Positions 46,130 through 60,590 of a DNA stretch of 64,000 nt are shown here, in pieces. This DNA comes from the human T2T-CHM13v2.0 reference genome, Homo sapiens. Every line of letters starts with the position of its first letter. Position 1 is the stretch's first letter. The stretch lies in NCBI RefSeq assembly GCF_009914755.1, contig NC_060933.1; one strand, given 5' to 3'. Both the position numbers and the translations under genes were made by a program. The notes under the pieces are model-generated. The model was not told where the DNA came from. It saw only the letters and a list, made by a program, of their open reading frames with translations, and searched no databases.

Positions 46130-46710
46130 TCCTTTTTTATATGGTGAAAAAAGTACACAACCATAAAATATACCATCTTCACCATTTAAACAAAAAATTT
46201 TTTGAGACAGGGTCTCGCTATGTTGCCCAAGCAGGAGTACAATGTCTATTTGCAGGCATGATCATGGCTCACTGCAGCCTCCAACTCCTAGGCTCATGCG
46301 ATCCTCCTGTCTCAGCCTCCTGAGTAGCTGCGACTACAGTGTGTGACACTGAGCCTGGCTCCAGCTTCACCATTTTTCAGTGTGTATTGCAGTGGCATTA
46401 AGAACATTCACATTCTCTGCAGCCATCACCACCATCCATCTCCAGAACCTTTTCATCTTCCTGAACTGAAACACTGTACCCAGTGAGCACCACCTCCTTA
46501 TTCTCCCCTGCCCAGCCCTGGGCAGCTACCATCTGGTTTCTAGCTCTATGAATTTGACTGCTCTAGGGACCTCATATAAATGGAGTCATACGGTCTTTGT
46601 TTTTTTGGGTGTCTGGCTTATTTCTCTTAGCATAATGTCCCCAAGGTCAGTCCACACTGTAGCAAGAATCAGAATTCCCTTCCTTTTAAGGGCCCTGTGA
46701 TATTCATCAA
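46130..46710 (-). mobile_element. L1MB 3' UTR fragment
   Basis: CATCACCACCATCCATCTCCAGAAC..GAATTTGACTGCTCTAGGGACCTCATATAAATGGA. Confidence 0.85.
46198..46360 (-). mobile_element. FAM (fossil Alu monomer)
   Basis: retains 7SL-like CTATTTGCAGGC segment; TSD CCA(T/G)CTTCACCATTT. Confidence 0.8.
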
Positions 46711-46769
46711 TGACATATCCTTTCCAAGGACACGAGTCAACTTGTAACAGTGCCCAAGGCCTGAGTCTC

Positions 46770-47700
46770 AGTCATTTCAAGGATTTTAGAGGCCACAGAC
46801 ATGGGGAGGAAGGAACCAGCCAAGAAGCTTGAGGAAGCATGGCGGTGAGGTTGGAGGGGAAAGAATCATGAGTGCCTGCAGCGGGTATCGAGGCAGAGGG
46901 AGTGATGCCAGGGCCACAGCCTGCTGAGGGTCAGGGAAGAGGAGGCTGGAGATCCACCATCGGATGAGCAGTGGGAAGGCCATTGATGAGCTTTACAAGA
47001 GCAATGTTGGTGGACAGAGGGTGTGGCACCTGTCTGGAGTGAGTTCTGGGAGCCTGGGATGAGAAGAAGCAGACACAACAGGTAGAGAACTCTCTCCCTC
47101 TCTCTTTTCTTTTAGAGACAGGGTTTTGCTCTGTCACCCGGGCTGGAGAGCAGTGGTGCCATCATAGCTCACTGCAGCCTCAAACTCCGGGCTCAAGCAA
47201 TCCTCCTACCTCGGCCTCCCAAAGTGCTGGGATTACAGGGGTAAGCCACTGCACCTGGTCAACTCTTTTGATAAATGTTGCCATAAAGGGGAGCAGAGAA
47301 ATGGGGTGATGGCCGGAGAGAGGGGTGCAGTCAGAGGCTTTGCCAAGGTGGGAGTGGCCGCGGCCCTTCTGGATGCTGGTGAGAACTGTGCCGCAGGGAT
47401 GGGACTGTGGGTGATGCAGGACAGAGCAGGACTGGAGCTCCTCCTCCAGGGGAGTTGGGATCTGGTGCAAGACAGGGTTGCCTGGGGGCCTGAGTGTCGA
47501 TGTCTGGAAGCAGGAAGGTGGCTGAGGGACAGGCCCAGGCACCCAGGGGTAGAAGCCAAGGTGACCGTCCCTGGGTTTTATCCTTCTTGTCTCTGTCCCT
47601 CTGAAATAAAAAGCAGGGTCGCCAGGTGAGAGAGAGTCGGAGAGATGGTGTGGGTGGGCGAGGGACGAGGAGGAGGGCTGGACTTGTGACCCAGCAGGGG
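46770..47700 (-). mobile_element. L2 ORF2 fragment
   Basis: AACTCTTTTG..TAAAGGGGAGCAGAGAAATGGGG typical of antisense L2. Confidence 0.65.
47095..47260 (-). mobile_element. monomeric AluJ (left head fused to right tail)
   Basis: right-arm tail joined to CCCAAAGTGCTGGG head; AACTCT on both sides. Confidence 0.85.
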
Positions 47701-47704
47701 GCAA
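47689..47704 (+). promoter_or_regulatory. CTCF core motif candidate
   Basis: CCAGCAGGGGGCAA versus consensus CCASYAGRKGGCRS. Confidence 0.4.
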
Positions 47705-47887
47705 GTGGATGGGCAGGGAAGGAGATTTAACCGATGGAAATCATGCTGGCTGTGCACCTGCTCTGTGCCAGGAGTCATGCCAATAGCACTTCCACGTTTT
47801 CTCATTTAATTCTCCCAGCTCTCTATGTGGTGTCTGTCATTTTTATTTTCCATTTTACAGAGGTGGAGACTTTAAGTCTGAGGAAGG

Positions 47888-48635
47888 TGCCATGGTCTGA
47901 ATGTGTGTGCCCCTCAGATACATGAGTTGAAACCTAACCCCTAAGGTGGTGGCATGAGGAGGTGGGGCCTTTGGGGGTGACCTGGTCATGATGGTGGAGC
48001 CCTTAGGAATGGGATTCATGCCCTTATAGAAGAGGCCCCAGAGAGCTGTCTTGTCCCTTCCACGTGAGGATGCAGAGATGTGGTGCTGTCTATGAACCAG
48101 AAAGTGACCCTCCCCAGACACTGAATCTGCTGGTGCCTTAATCTTGGACTTCCAGCCTCTAGAACTGTGGGAAATCAATCTTTGTTGTTTTTCTTTACTT
48201 TTTTCTTTTTTGAGACAGGGTCTCACTCTGTCGCCCAGGCTGGAGTGCCTGGCACAATCACCGCTCACTGTAGCCTCAACCTTCCTGGCTCAAGCGATCC
48301 TCAGACTCCTGAGTAGCTGGGACCGCAAGTGTGCACCATGACACCTGGCTAATTTGATTTTGATTTTCATGTTTTATAGAGAAACGGTCTTGCCGTGTTG
48401 CCCAGGCTGGTCTCCAACTCCTGGGCTCAAGTGATCCTCCTGAAGTGTTGGGATTACAGGCATGAGCCACTTTGCCCGGCCTAATCTCTATTGTGTTTTA
48501 TTTTTATTTTAAATTTTTTCCCTTTTACTACATATGTAACAAAACTGCACTAATCTCTGTATTTTGTAAGCTACCTAGTTTATAAAACTAGGCAGTTTAT
48601 GGTATTTGTCTCAGCAGTCCAAACAGACTAGCATA
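47888..48635 (+). mobile_element. MLT1A-like LTR split by an Alu
   Basis: TGCCATGGTCTGAATGTG..GGACTTCCAGCCTCTAGAACTGTG..TATGGTATTTG..AACAGACTA. Confidence 0.85.
48190..48481 (-). mobile_element. AluJ SINE
   Basis: both arms with deletions. Confidence 0.9.
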
Positions 48636-48914
48636 GAAGGTGATACAACTTTCCTTCGATTATATAACCTGTAAGACTGACCACCAAACAATCCTGTCCA
48701 AATCCCAGAAGAAGCCTGAAGACTATTTTTTCAATTATAAAATTACATTTTTCCCTCTCTGTAAAAGTACTAAATGTTTATTTCAGAAAATTAAAAAATT
48801 CAAAGTAAGGTAAATATGAAAAAAAAATTAAATGCTTATAGTTTCACCATCCAGGAATAATGACTGTTAAATGGGGTGATTTCCTTGCAGTAATGTTTTT
48901 TATACATATTAACT

Positions 48915-49360
48915 GGCAGACGTGATGCTGTGTGTTCAGCAAATCCTGTTTCCCTTCTCCTCTGACATGCAGCTAGACTACATTTCCCAGCCTCCCCTGC
49001 AAGGAGAGTGTCACATCACTGGGTCTGACCAGTGGAATGTGGGAGAAGGTAATGTCCCTTACTTATCAGCCTGTTCCATAAAATCTTCTATTACTCCTTC
49101 AAGTTCTCTCTTCTTTGGATGCTCTCAGGATGGGAAGGACCCAGTGAAGGACCTAGTGAAGGACTCCAACACCCTAGTGAGCAGCCAAGCTGCTAGATGG
49201 AAGAAACCAGGGTTCCCAAATGACCCAGTAGAGTCAAGACTCTTCCCAACCCCTGCTGCCCAACATTTGACAGTGTCTTGGGGAGAAATGAACCTTAGTT
49301 GTGTTAAGCCATTGAACTCTGGGAGTTGTTGGTTAAAGCAGTTAGCCTTACACAGCAACA
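48915..49360 (+). mobile_element. MLT1 (J/K-like) LTR
   Basis: GACTACATTTCCCAGCCTCCC..GTGTTAAGCCATTGA..GTTGTTGGTTAAAGCAG. Confidence 0.7.
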
Positions 49361-49403
49361 TCATGTAAATATTGGAATCATATTACAGATACCCTTTTTG
49401 GCA

Positions 49404-49668
49404 GGCCAGGGGCGGTGGCCCATGCTTGTAATTCCAGCATTTGAGGCTAGGAGTTCGAGGCCAGTTTGGCCAACATGGCAAAACCCCATCTCTACTAAAA
49501 ATACAAAAATTAGCCAGGCGTGATGGCACGTGCCTGTAATTCCAGCTACTCGGGAGGCTGAGGCATGAGATCACTTGAATCCGGGAGGTGGAGGTTGCAG
49601 TAAGCTGAGATCATATCACCATACTCCAGCCTGGGTGACAAACTGAAACTCTGCCTCAAAAAAAAAAA
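49404..49668 (+). mobile_element. AluS SINE with left-arm deletion
   Basis: TSD AGATACCCTTTT. Confidence 0.92.
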
Positions 49669-49744
49669 GATACCCTTTTAGGCTGATTTATTATTATTGT
49701 TACTATTACTTAACATGTATCACAACCTTTCACCATATTATTAA

Positions 49745-50363
<619 letters not shown>

Positions 50364-50591
50364 CATATCATGAAACCACTTTTGACAGCATAATTTTAAT
50401 GGTGGCACAGAGTCCGTTATCATTATTTATTTACCCAGTCCCGTGTGGATATGTAGGTTGCTTCTGACATTTGCGTTTGTATGTCATGCTCCAGTGAACA
50501 TCCTGGTGATCAACTGGGTGGCCCCATCCGCAGATGCACTTGTGAAACCTACCTTGGTTTCCTGCCTGAGCCTCTCCTGTATCGGTGCTTA

Positions 50592-51143
<552 letters not shown>

Positions 51144-51403
51144 CTATCCCTTGTAAGGGTGGTTTCTCTGCACTCGGGGGGGTCTCCCTCCTGTTTCCTT
51201 TTGAAGATGGTGTCTGGCTGTGTGGAGAAGCTTGCATGGGCCAGGACAGGAGTCTCTTGCCCTACTTGCCATCACTGGACCTGCTCAGGAGGGGCGGGTC
51301 TGGTCCGCCCTGGTCTCCGGGAACCGCATCCACGTTCTCTGAGGCTGACTGGACTTTGCTTTGCCCTGAAAACTTCCAATTCACAGTCAATCTTCTTCCC
51401 ATA

Positions 51404-51801
51404 TGTTGTTTTTTTCTGTGGCTGCTCTAATAAAGTCCCACAAACCCGGTGGTTGAAAACCACAGAAATGTGTTCTCTCACAGTCCCAGAGGCCAGAAGT
51501 CTGAAATCAATGTGTGGGCAGTGCCGTGCCTCCTCTGAAACCTCCAGGGGAAGGTCCTTTCTTGCCTTTCCGGCTTTAGCCCCAGACTTACAAATGCATC
51601 TCTCCACTCTCTGCCTCCAACGTCACATGGCATTTTCCTCTTCTTCTAAGGACACCACTCATATTGGATTAGGCCCCACCTAATGACCTCTTCTTAATTA
51701 TATCTGCAAGGACCTTTATTTCCAAATAAGGTCACATTCACAGGTACTGGGGGTTAGGGCCGCAGCATATCTTTTTTGGGGACACACTTCAACCCATAAG
51801 A
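51404..51801 (-). mobile_element. MLT1B/C-like LTR
   Basis: GAGGCCAGAAGTCTGAAATCAA..TCCAAATAAGGTCACATTCACAGGTACTGGGGGTTAGG..TTCAACCCATAA. Confidence 0.85.
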
Positions 51802-52281
51802 CCATCCCATTCAGTTCCTGGGCTTCCTCCACTCAGCTGCAGGGGTTGGGGGTCTCTGTGAGACTGTCCTCAGCCCCTCTGCCTGGGGACTGGGGACCCT
51901 CAGTCATTTCCATCTGCTGCAGCCTGGCCACACTGGGTGCAATGTCAGGCCTAAGGTGAGCCTCGCAGACCCCTTAGGATGCATCCTGGGGACATAGGCA
52001 CCAGCTCTGATGTCCTCGGATCCCCCAAACCTATCTGAATCTTTCTACTGCCCCCAGACGCCTCACGCCTGACTTTCAGCCTCCCTTCCCCTCCTCCTGC
52101 CCTGAAAGGGGCTTCCAGTCCCCGCTGCTGTCTAGCAGGGACTCTCCTTTTGTCACAGTCCCCTTCTTCCCTAGTCAGGGATGCAGATGGTATCCACACG
52201 GCTCTTCATGGGACCAAACGCTTCATGGTTTAAGTTTTATGGTAGGGAGATGCTGGGGAGAGAGAAAATGTACTGAATTAG

Positions 52282-52667
<386 letters not shown>

Positions 52668-53048
52668 TTGCCTTGACATTTGAAAGGCTAAACAAGGCAA
52701 ACCCTGGCCTTATTTCCTCCCCCAGCCCAGTTACCCGCTCAGCCAGCCCAGCCATGCTTCCCAGTCAGTCTCCCACTGCTCCTGGCCTCTTCTGGCCCCT
52801 TGGCACACGTTCTCATTTTCTGGAACACTCTTCCCCTACCCCCTTCCCTGGGCAACTCCTCCTCATGCTTTGGGTCCCAGCTTGTACAATACTTCATCGG
52901 AGAAGTTGCCCCCCATGCCCCAGACACATGACCCCCACCATGGGCTGCGTGTTTTATATTTGTGACCCTCAGCGGACCACAAGCTCCATGAGGGGAGGGG
53001 CCATGTCATTTCCTTCACCTCTGCTGTTCCTACTACTGGCACTTGTAG

Positions 53049-53542
53049 TGAGGTAGGGTGGGACTGGACTCTGGAGGCAGACCTTGGACACTGGACCAAA
53101 TTGACCTTGGACACTGGACTAGCTAAAGCAAGCCTGGGGTGGAAGCACCTCTTCATAAGGCTGCCCACCAGTGTGCCATGCCAGTTTACCATTGGCATGG
53201 CAACACCCAGAAGTGACTGCCCTTTCCATGGCAACAGCCCAATGATCTGGAAGTTACCACCCTTTTCCTAGAAATTTCTACATGAACTGTCCCTTAATTT
53301 GCATATAATTAAAAGTGGGTATCACTATGAGTGCAGAATTGGATCTGAGCTGCCACTCTGGGCACACAGCCTGCGGGGGAGCCCTGCTCTGCAGGGAGCA
53401 GTTCCTCCGCTGGGCTAGGCATGGCCACTTTAATACAAGCTGTTGTCTAACACCACCAGCTCACCCTTACATACTTTCCTGGGTGAAGCCAAGAACCCTC
53501 CTGGGTTAAGCCCCAGTTTTGGGGCTCATCTGCCCCGCATCA
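53049..53542 (+). mobile_element. LTR19-like ERV1 solo LTR, full length
   Basis: TG...CA termini; 4-bp TSD GTAG; GGACTAGCTAAA, CATGGCAAC twice, ATTTGCAT. Confidence 0.8.
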
Positions 53543-54384
53543 GTAGGAACCCACCAAGTGTGGGAAGAGGGAATGGAAGCCAGCGGAAGTGATGCCATCA
53601 TTTTGTATGATGTTTACTCCGTGAAAGTGCCGACATGCAGCTGTTGTCAACCTACAAACATGGCAACTGCTTATGATCAAAGCCCTCCTCAAGCCCCCAC
53701 TTTTGGTAGACCCCCATCACTTGGTGATGGTCAGCTCGTCTGCTGGGGAGGGGAGGCTGCAAATGGTCTGTCATTTACCGGGCATTTCCTTTCTCCTCTC
53801 GAGTTGACAACCGACCCTTTCAGGCTCAGCCGGTTCTACCTTGAGTGAGAGCGTGAGTGTGCGATGAAGTAGCTCCCATGGTTTAGCTAGCTGCTCTCCA
53901 TGCCCTCCCTCCACACCCTGCTGAGTTCGCTTCATGCATCTTGTCTTAGAGCAGCTTGGAGACTGACCACTATTTGAGCCAGTGTACAGCAGCAGTGAAG
54001 AGCAATGGATTTGGTATCAAACAGCCCCCAGCATGGGGCCTGGCACACAGTAGGTGTTCAATAAATGCTGATGGAATTATGAAAAACAAATTGGGATTTG
54101 TGTCACAGCTCTGCTACTTATTGGCTTTGAGACCCTGGGCAAGTGACACATGCTCTCTGAGCTCAGCTCCTCCCGTGGTATCTGGAGACCCCCGAGGTCA
54201 GCCTCACCCAGACACCTTCCCAGCTTCATCTCTGACTGCACTCGTGTGCTTCAGCCAGACACACCACTTGCTGTTTCTGTTCCAACCTCATCCGTCTTCC
54301 AGGCTCCTTGCTCCTTTCAGGCCGGCCCTTGCACCTGGACCGATTTTTACCAAACGAGGTGATGTGTGTCAAAGCACATTGGCG

Positions 54385-55083
54385 ATGGATGGCTACTATC
54401 AAACAAACAGAAAATAGTAAGTGTTGATGAGGATGTGGAGAAATTGGAGCTCTCGGGCATTGCTGGTGGGAATGAAAATGGTGCAGCCGCCGTGGAAAAC
54501 AGCATGGCAGTTCCTCAAAAAAAGTAAAAATAGAATTACCATATGATCTAGCATTTCCACTTCTGGGTATATACTCAGAAGAATTGAAAGCAGGGTCTCA
54601 AAGAGAGATCTGTGCACCCATCGTCATAGCAGCATTATTCGCAATAGCCAAAAGGTGGAAGCATCGATGGGCGAATGGATACGCAAAATGTGGTGTAGAC
54701 ACGCAAGGGACTCGGATTCAGCCTTAAAGAGGAAGGAGGTTCTGACACACATTGCAGTGTGGATGAACCTTGAGGATATTATGCTAGTGAAATAAGCCAG
54801 CCCCAAAAAGTTAAATGCTGTATGATTCCACTTACACAAAATACTTAGAGTCGTCATAATCATAGAGACAGAGAGTGTTGCCAGGGGCTGGAGGGAGCGG
54901 GTAACGGGAATGAGCGTTTACTGGGGACAGAATCTCATACTATAAAGATGAAAACTTTCTAGAGATGAAGGTGGTGATGCTTGCACAACCACGTGCGTGT
55001 ACGATGCCACTGGACTGAACATGTAAAATGCTTGCAATGGTAAACTATGTGTTATGTGTATTTTACAAGCAAAAAAAGAAAAC
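54385..55083 (+). mobile_element. L1MB ORF2 end + 3' UTR
   Basis: AAGTGTTGATGAGGATGTGGAGAAATTGGA..GGATGAACCTTGAGGATATTATGCT..TATTTTACAA..A-tail. Confidence 0.88.
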
Positions 55084-55258
55084 TTTGGTAATTGCCTGTG
55101 CCAGAAGCCACCATGCCCTGGCTTAGCGGGACAGAGGAGCCAGCCCCTGGGAACAGACTCCTACCCTTGAGAAAAGGCTAAGACCACTGTGGTGGGCTCT
55201 CCCCAGGCTCCCCTTGCTCTAGCCTGGCCTTGCCTCTCGGTTCCCTGAATCAATCAAT

Positions 55259-55456
55259 CTTTCTTTCTTTCTTTTTCTTTCTTTCCTTCTTTCTCTCTCG
55301 CTCTTTCTTTCCTTCCTTCCTTTCTCTTTCTTTCCTTCCTTCCTTCCTTTATCTTTCTTTCTTCCTTTCCTTTCTTTCTTTCCTTCTCTCTCTCTTTCTT
55401 TCCTTCCTTCCTTTCTCTTTCTTTCTTTCTCTTTCTTTCTTTCCTTCCTTCCTTCT

Positions 55457-55500
<44 letters not shown>

Positions 55501-55502
55501 TC
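55259..55502 (+). repeat. (CTTT)n/(CCTT)n polypyrimidine tract (expanded Alu tail)
   Basis: ~240 bp nearly pure C/T. Confidence 0.97.
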
Positions 55503-55775
55503 GGTCTCGCTCTGTCACTCAGGCTGGAGTGCAGGGGCACAATCACAGCACACTGCCACCTTGACTTCCTGGGCTCAAGCAAACCTCCCACCTCAGCCTC
55601 CTAAGCAGCTGGGACCACAGGCACATGCCACCATGCCCAGCTAATTTTTGTATTTTTTGTAAGGACGAGGTCTCACTATGTTGCCCAGGCTGGTCTCAAA
55701 CTCCTGAGCTCAAGTGATCCTCTAGTCTCGGCCTCCCAAAGTGCTGAGATTACAGGTGGGAGCCCCTACATCTGT
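55503..55775 (-). mobile_element. AluJ SINE
   Basis: both arms. Confidence 0.92.
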
Positions 55776-55789
55776 TCTGAAATCTTCTT

Positions 55790-57560
55790 CGCCCTTCCCC
55801 CCACCCCCTTGTCAGCCCCTACGTCAACAGCCACGTCCATGATACACCCTGGGTCCTGACTTGGTCAGTAACACCCTCCCATCTGCCATTTCCGCCTGAA
55901 GCATCCCATCTTGGAGCACTGCCTCTTGTCTTTCCACACATTCCCTCTGCAACCTTAACTCTGATCTTTCTTTGCCTCTTGCCATCTGCCCCCAGGGCAC
56001 ATTCCTTTTCCTTCACCTCCCGTGTCCTCTGCTTCCTTGGGTTCCAGGCTCATTGTCTGCTGCAGACGCCCTCAGTCACCCTGCCCTCCCCCTCCTCCAT
56101 CCACCTGGCAGAACCCCTGTCCCGGTTGAGTTCTGGGTGCTGCTCAGTGTGCTCTGACATCCAAGCAGCGGAGCCCTGGACAAAGCCACCTGATGGCACA
56201 AACAGCTTTATATCTCATGACCTTGACCTCCAACAAACATTTGTGCTGTCCAGCAATCCTCTGTGTTCCTCGGTCAGCTTGCAGCCCCCGTCTCCCAGAC
56301 CACAACTTCTCTCTCTCCCCAAACCTCCAATACCCCACCCTCCCTCAGCCCTCATTCTCACTGTCGGATGATAGGTTGCTTTTTTTTTTTTTTGAGGCAG
56401 GATCTTGCTATGTTGCTGAGGCTGGAGTACAGTGGTGTGATCACGATTCACTGCAGCCTCAAACTTCTGGGCTAAAGTGATCCTCCCTCCTCATCCTTCT
56501 TGAGTAGCTGGGGCTACAGGTACACATCACCACGCCTGGCTAGCTTTTTTTTCTTTTTCTTTTTTGTAGAGACAGGGTCTCACTATGTTGCACAGGCTGG
56601 CCTCAAACTCCTGAGCTCAAGACATCCTCCTGCCTTGGCCTCCCAGAATGTTGGGATTACAGGCATGAGCTTCATTGAAAACGCAGAGGCAATCAGAGGC
56701 ATTCCTGGCCCTGCACTCACCAGCCTCCCTGGGTGTCCCCCTGGGCAGCTGCCCCTCCTTTCATGCCCATCAGCTGTCCCTCCTCTCATGCCCGTCAGGT
56801 CCTTCCCTGCCCGGGCCCCGTGCACCTCGCTTCCTCTCCACCTTCCCCTGGCTTCCCTTCACATGGCCCCATCTCTCCTGCGTCACCAGCTGTTTCCTCT
56901 CCTGGGTCAGCCCCATCAGCATGCCACAAACATGCAGGAATGCCCCCAGATTGTAAGAAGCCACCCTCTGACCCCACAATCCCCTTTAGCTTCCGCCGTG
57001 CTTATCCGATCCCCTTCCAGCATATTCCCTTGGAAGGGTGGTCTCTGTGCTGTCTCTCCGCTCCTCCCCCGGCCCCCATCATCCCCCAGGCCCACCAAAG
57101 TTGGGCTCCCAGCCCTGCCATTCCACCCAAACAGCTCTTGCCAAGGTCAGCATTGACCATCACAGTCCTCCACCTGCCAGCAGCCTCAGACATGGCCGCT
57201 CACTCCTTCTGTCTGTCAACACACCCTTCTCCTGGCCCCAGGACATGGCTTTGCCTCCCACTTTGCCTCCCTGCCTCTCATTTGCTCCTCCTGTCCTGTG
57301 TAAACTGCCTGCCCGCCCTCTTACTGGGAGAGCTCTTCCATCCCAGGCGCTGGGTCCCAGGTTCCTCCCCGAAGTCCGGCCCCTCCCCTGACCTCTAGGC
57401 CTGCACTCCCAAAGGACGGGTTCCTCGATCCTCAAACTTAATGTTTCCCAAACCCCATCTCCTCCACTGATAAGCTTGAAACCTGCTCCTCCCACAGCAA
57501 ATGGAAATTGCGTGCTCTGCTTCCTCAGGTCAAAGCTCTTGGAGCAGCCCTTGACCCCCA
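55790..57560 (+). mobile_element. long decayed L2 ORF2 segment
   Basis: pyrimidine-rich with L2 landmarks GAAAACGCAGAGGCAATCAGAG, ACAGCTCTTGCCAAGGTCAGCATTGACC, CTCAAACTTAATGTTTCCCAAAC. Confidence 0.7.
56380..56671 (-). mobile_element. AluJ in L2
   Basis: both arms. Confidence 0.92.
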
Positions 57561-57591
57561 CCTCTCCATTACATCCACGTGATGGGTTGCC

Positions 57592-57662
57592 TTTTTTTTT
57601 TTTTTTTGAGACAGGGTTTCACTCTGTCACCCAGGCTGGGGTACAGTGGCACAATCATAGCT
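57592..57662 (-). mobile_element. short AluJ 3' fragment
   Basis: poly-T + GAGACAGGGTTTCACTCTGTCACCCAGG. Confidence 0.85.
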
Positions 57663-57704
57663 AGACCAGCGATCGTCTGAGCTCTCACTTTAAAACACAC
57701 TTGA

Positions 57705-58506
<802 letters not shown>

Positions 58507-59515
58507 TCAGAACCCCCCAGGGGCTTGCGGAGAGGAAGATGCAAAGTCCTAGCTGCTGCCCACCAGGCCTGACTGACCTACGTGGCTGACCCCATCACAG
58601 GCCCCAGGAAGGCAGGGCTGTGTCTGTCTGGTCGTGGGTGTCTCGGCACCCAGGCCATGCATCGGTACATATTTGATGGATGAATAAGTGACGGATGGGT
58701 GACTGCGGCTTCCCTGGGAGGCTCCGCCCTGCCTTGGAACCCAGCCCAGCCCAGCCTCCGCGCTTCCCTGCCTGCCTGGGCCTGCACCTGGCCAACCCCC
58801 GCAACAACCTCCACCAGGTGTGCAGCCTTGAAAACTGTTGGTTCTGGTTGCCAACTCTCCTAGCAGAGAGGGGTGCTCCAGGGACCAAGGGTCTGTGGTA
58901 CCTGAGCAAATCTCTTCTAGCTGCCCTGACCACCCTCCTGTGGGTCCCTCTCCTCCATTTCCCCCACCTGGTGGGTGGGGCTGAGGGAGCAGAGACCACG
59001 CCCCCAATCCAGCCACACTCTTCTTCCAGCCAACCAAGCACCAGAAAACCAAGATTTGCACAAAGAGCTGGTGGCCTGGGAGCAGGTCCCTCAGGCTCCT
59101 CACATCTGCCCTGCAGAAGGGGCAGACATTGTCTCATTCTGGGAGTCACTCATGGTACCGAGATCAAACCCCCAGGTAACCCCCACACAGCCTTGCACAA
59201 GCCTTGCTTCTCACTTTGGACATCTACATTGCACCACTTGGGGTCGTCATTTGTAGCCAGCGAGGTGACCTGGGTGGGGGCAGAGCTGGATCTAGAACCC
59301 CCCCCCCGGTCCCTCCCCTGGGCAAGGGCCCCACATTTCCTTTTCCAGTGATGCTCCCATGCCCAGAATCTTTCTGGACTCCAGCTGCAGAATGGCCATT
59401 CATCTCGGGTTTCAATTTCCCACCTGCCCCTTTGACCTCCCCAGGCGGGGAGCGGGGGCCTTGGCTGGGCTTGTCGCTGGGGCTTGGGGGCAACTCGCCC
59501 AGTGAGAACCTGCTA

Positions 59516-60064
<549 letters not shown>

Positions 60065-60195
60065 TCATCTATAGACTAAATTAAACTAACTCATAGAAAT
60101 AGTCTGTTTTAAGTTTCTTTACTTAAAAGTATCTTACACGTTTAACACCTGCCAATACACGTATGTACGTGATATTCAGTAATGATCATTGCAAA

Positions 60196-60365
60196 CTGGG
60201 CACGGTGGCTCATGCCTGTAATCCCGACACTTTGGGAGGCTGAGATGGGAGGATCACTTGAACCCAGGAGGTTGAGGCTGCAGTGAGCTGTGATGGTGCC
60301 ACTGCCCTCCAGCTTGGGTGACAGAGCAAGATCCTGTCTGTAAATAATAATAATAATAGTAATAA
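60196..60365 (+). mobile_element. monomeric AluJ (left head / right tail)
   Basis: single-arm length, (TAA)n tail. Confidence 0.85.
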
Positions 60366-60399
60366 CTGCGACCACCTATACAAATTTCATCTATACATC

Positions 60400-60590
60400 C
60401 CAGGTATTGTGCACCCTCCATACAAATGTATGAAAATTCACAGAAAGCCTGTGCTTGGTCAGTGCTATCATCAGGCCTATTTGGCAGATGCAGAAACAGG
60501 CTCACAGAAGGGAAGTCACTTGCTGAAAGCCACATGGCTGGCACGGGGTGGCACTGAGACTTGCACCCAGATCTGGGCAGCATTAAAACC
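60400..60590 (-). mobile_element. MIR SINE
   Basis: GCAGATGCAGAAACAGGCTCACAGAAGGGAAGTCACTTGC. Confidence 0.65.

Noticed and set aside
56500-57398. 218- and 221-aa Pro/Ser-rich ORFs
   Set aside because: Derived from Alu and decayed pyrimidine-rich L2 sequence.
56368-57592. Similar TGAT(A/G)GGTTGC before two Alu tails
   Set aside because: Too short; the first copy is explained by native L2 sequence and the Alu bodies differ.
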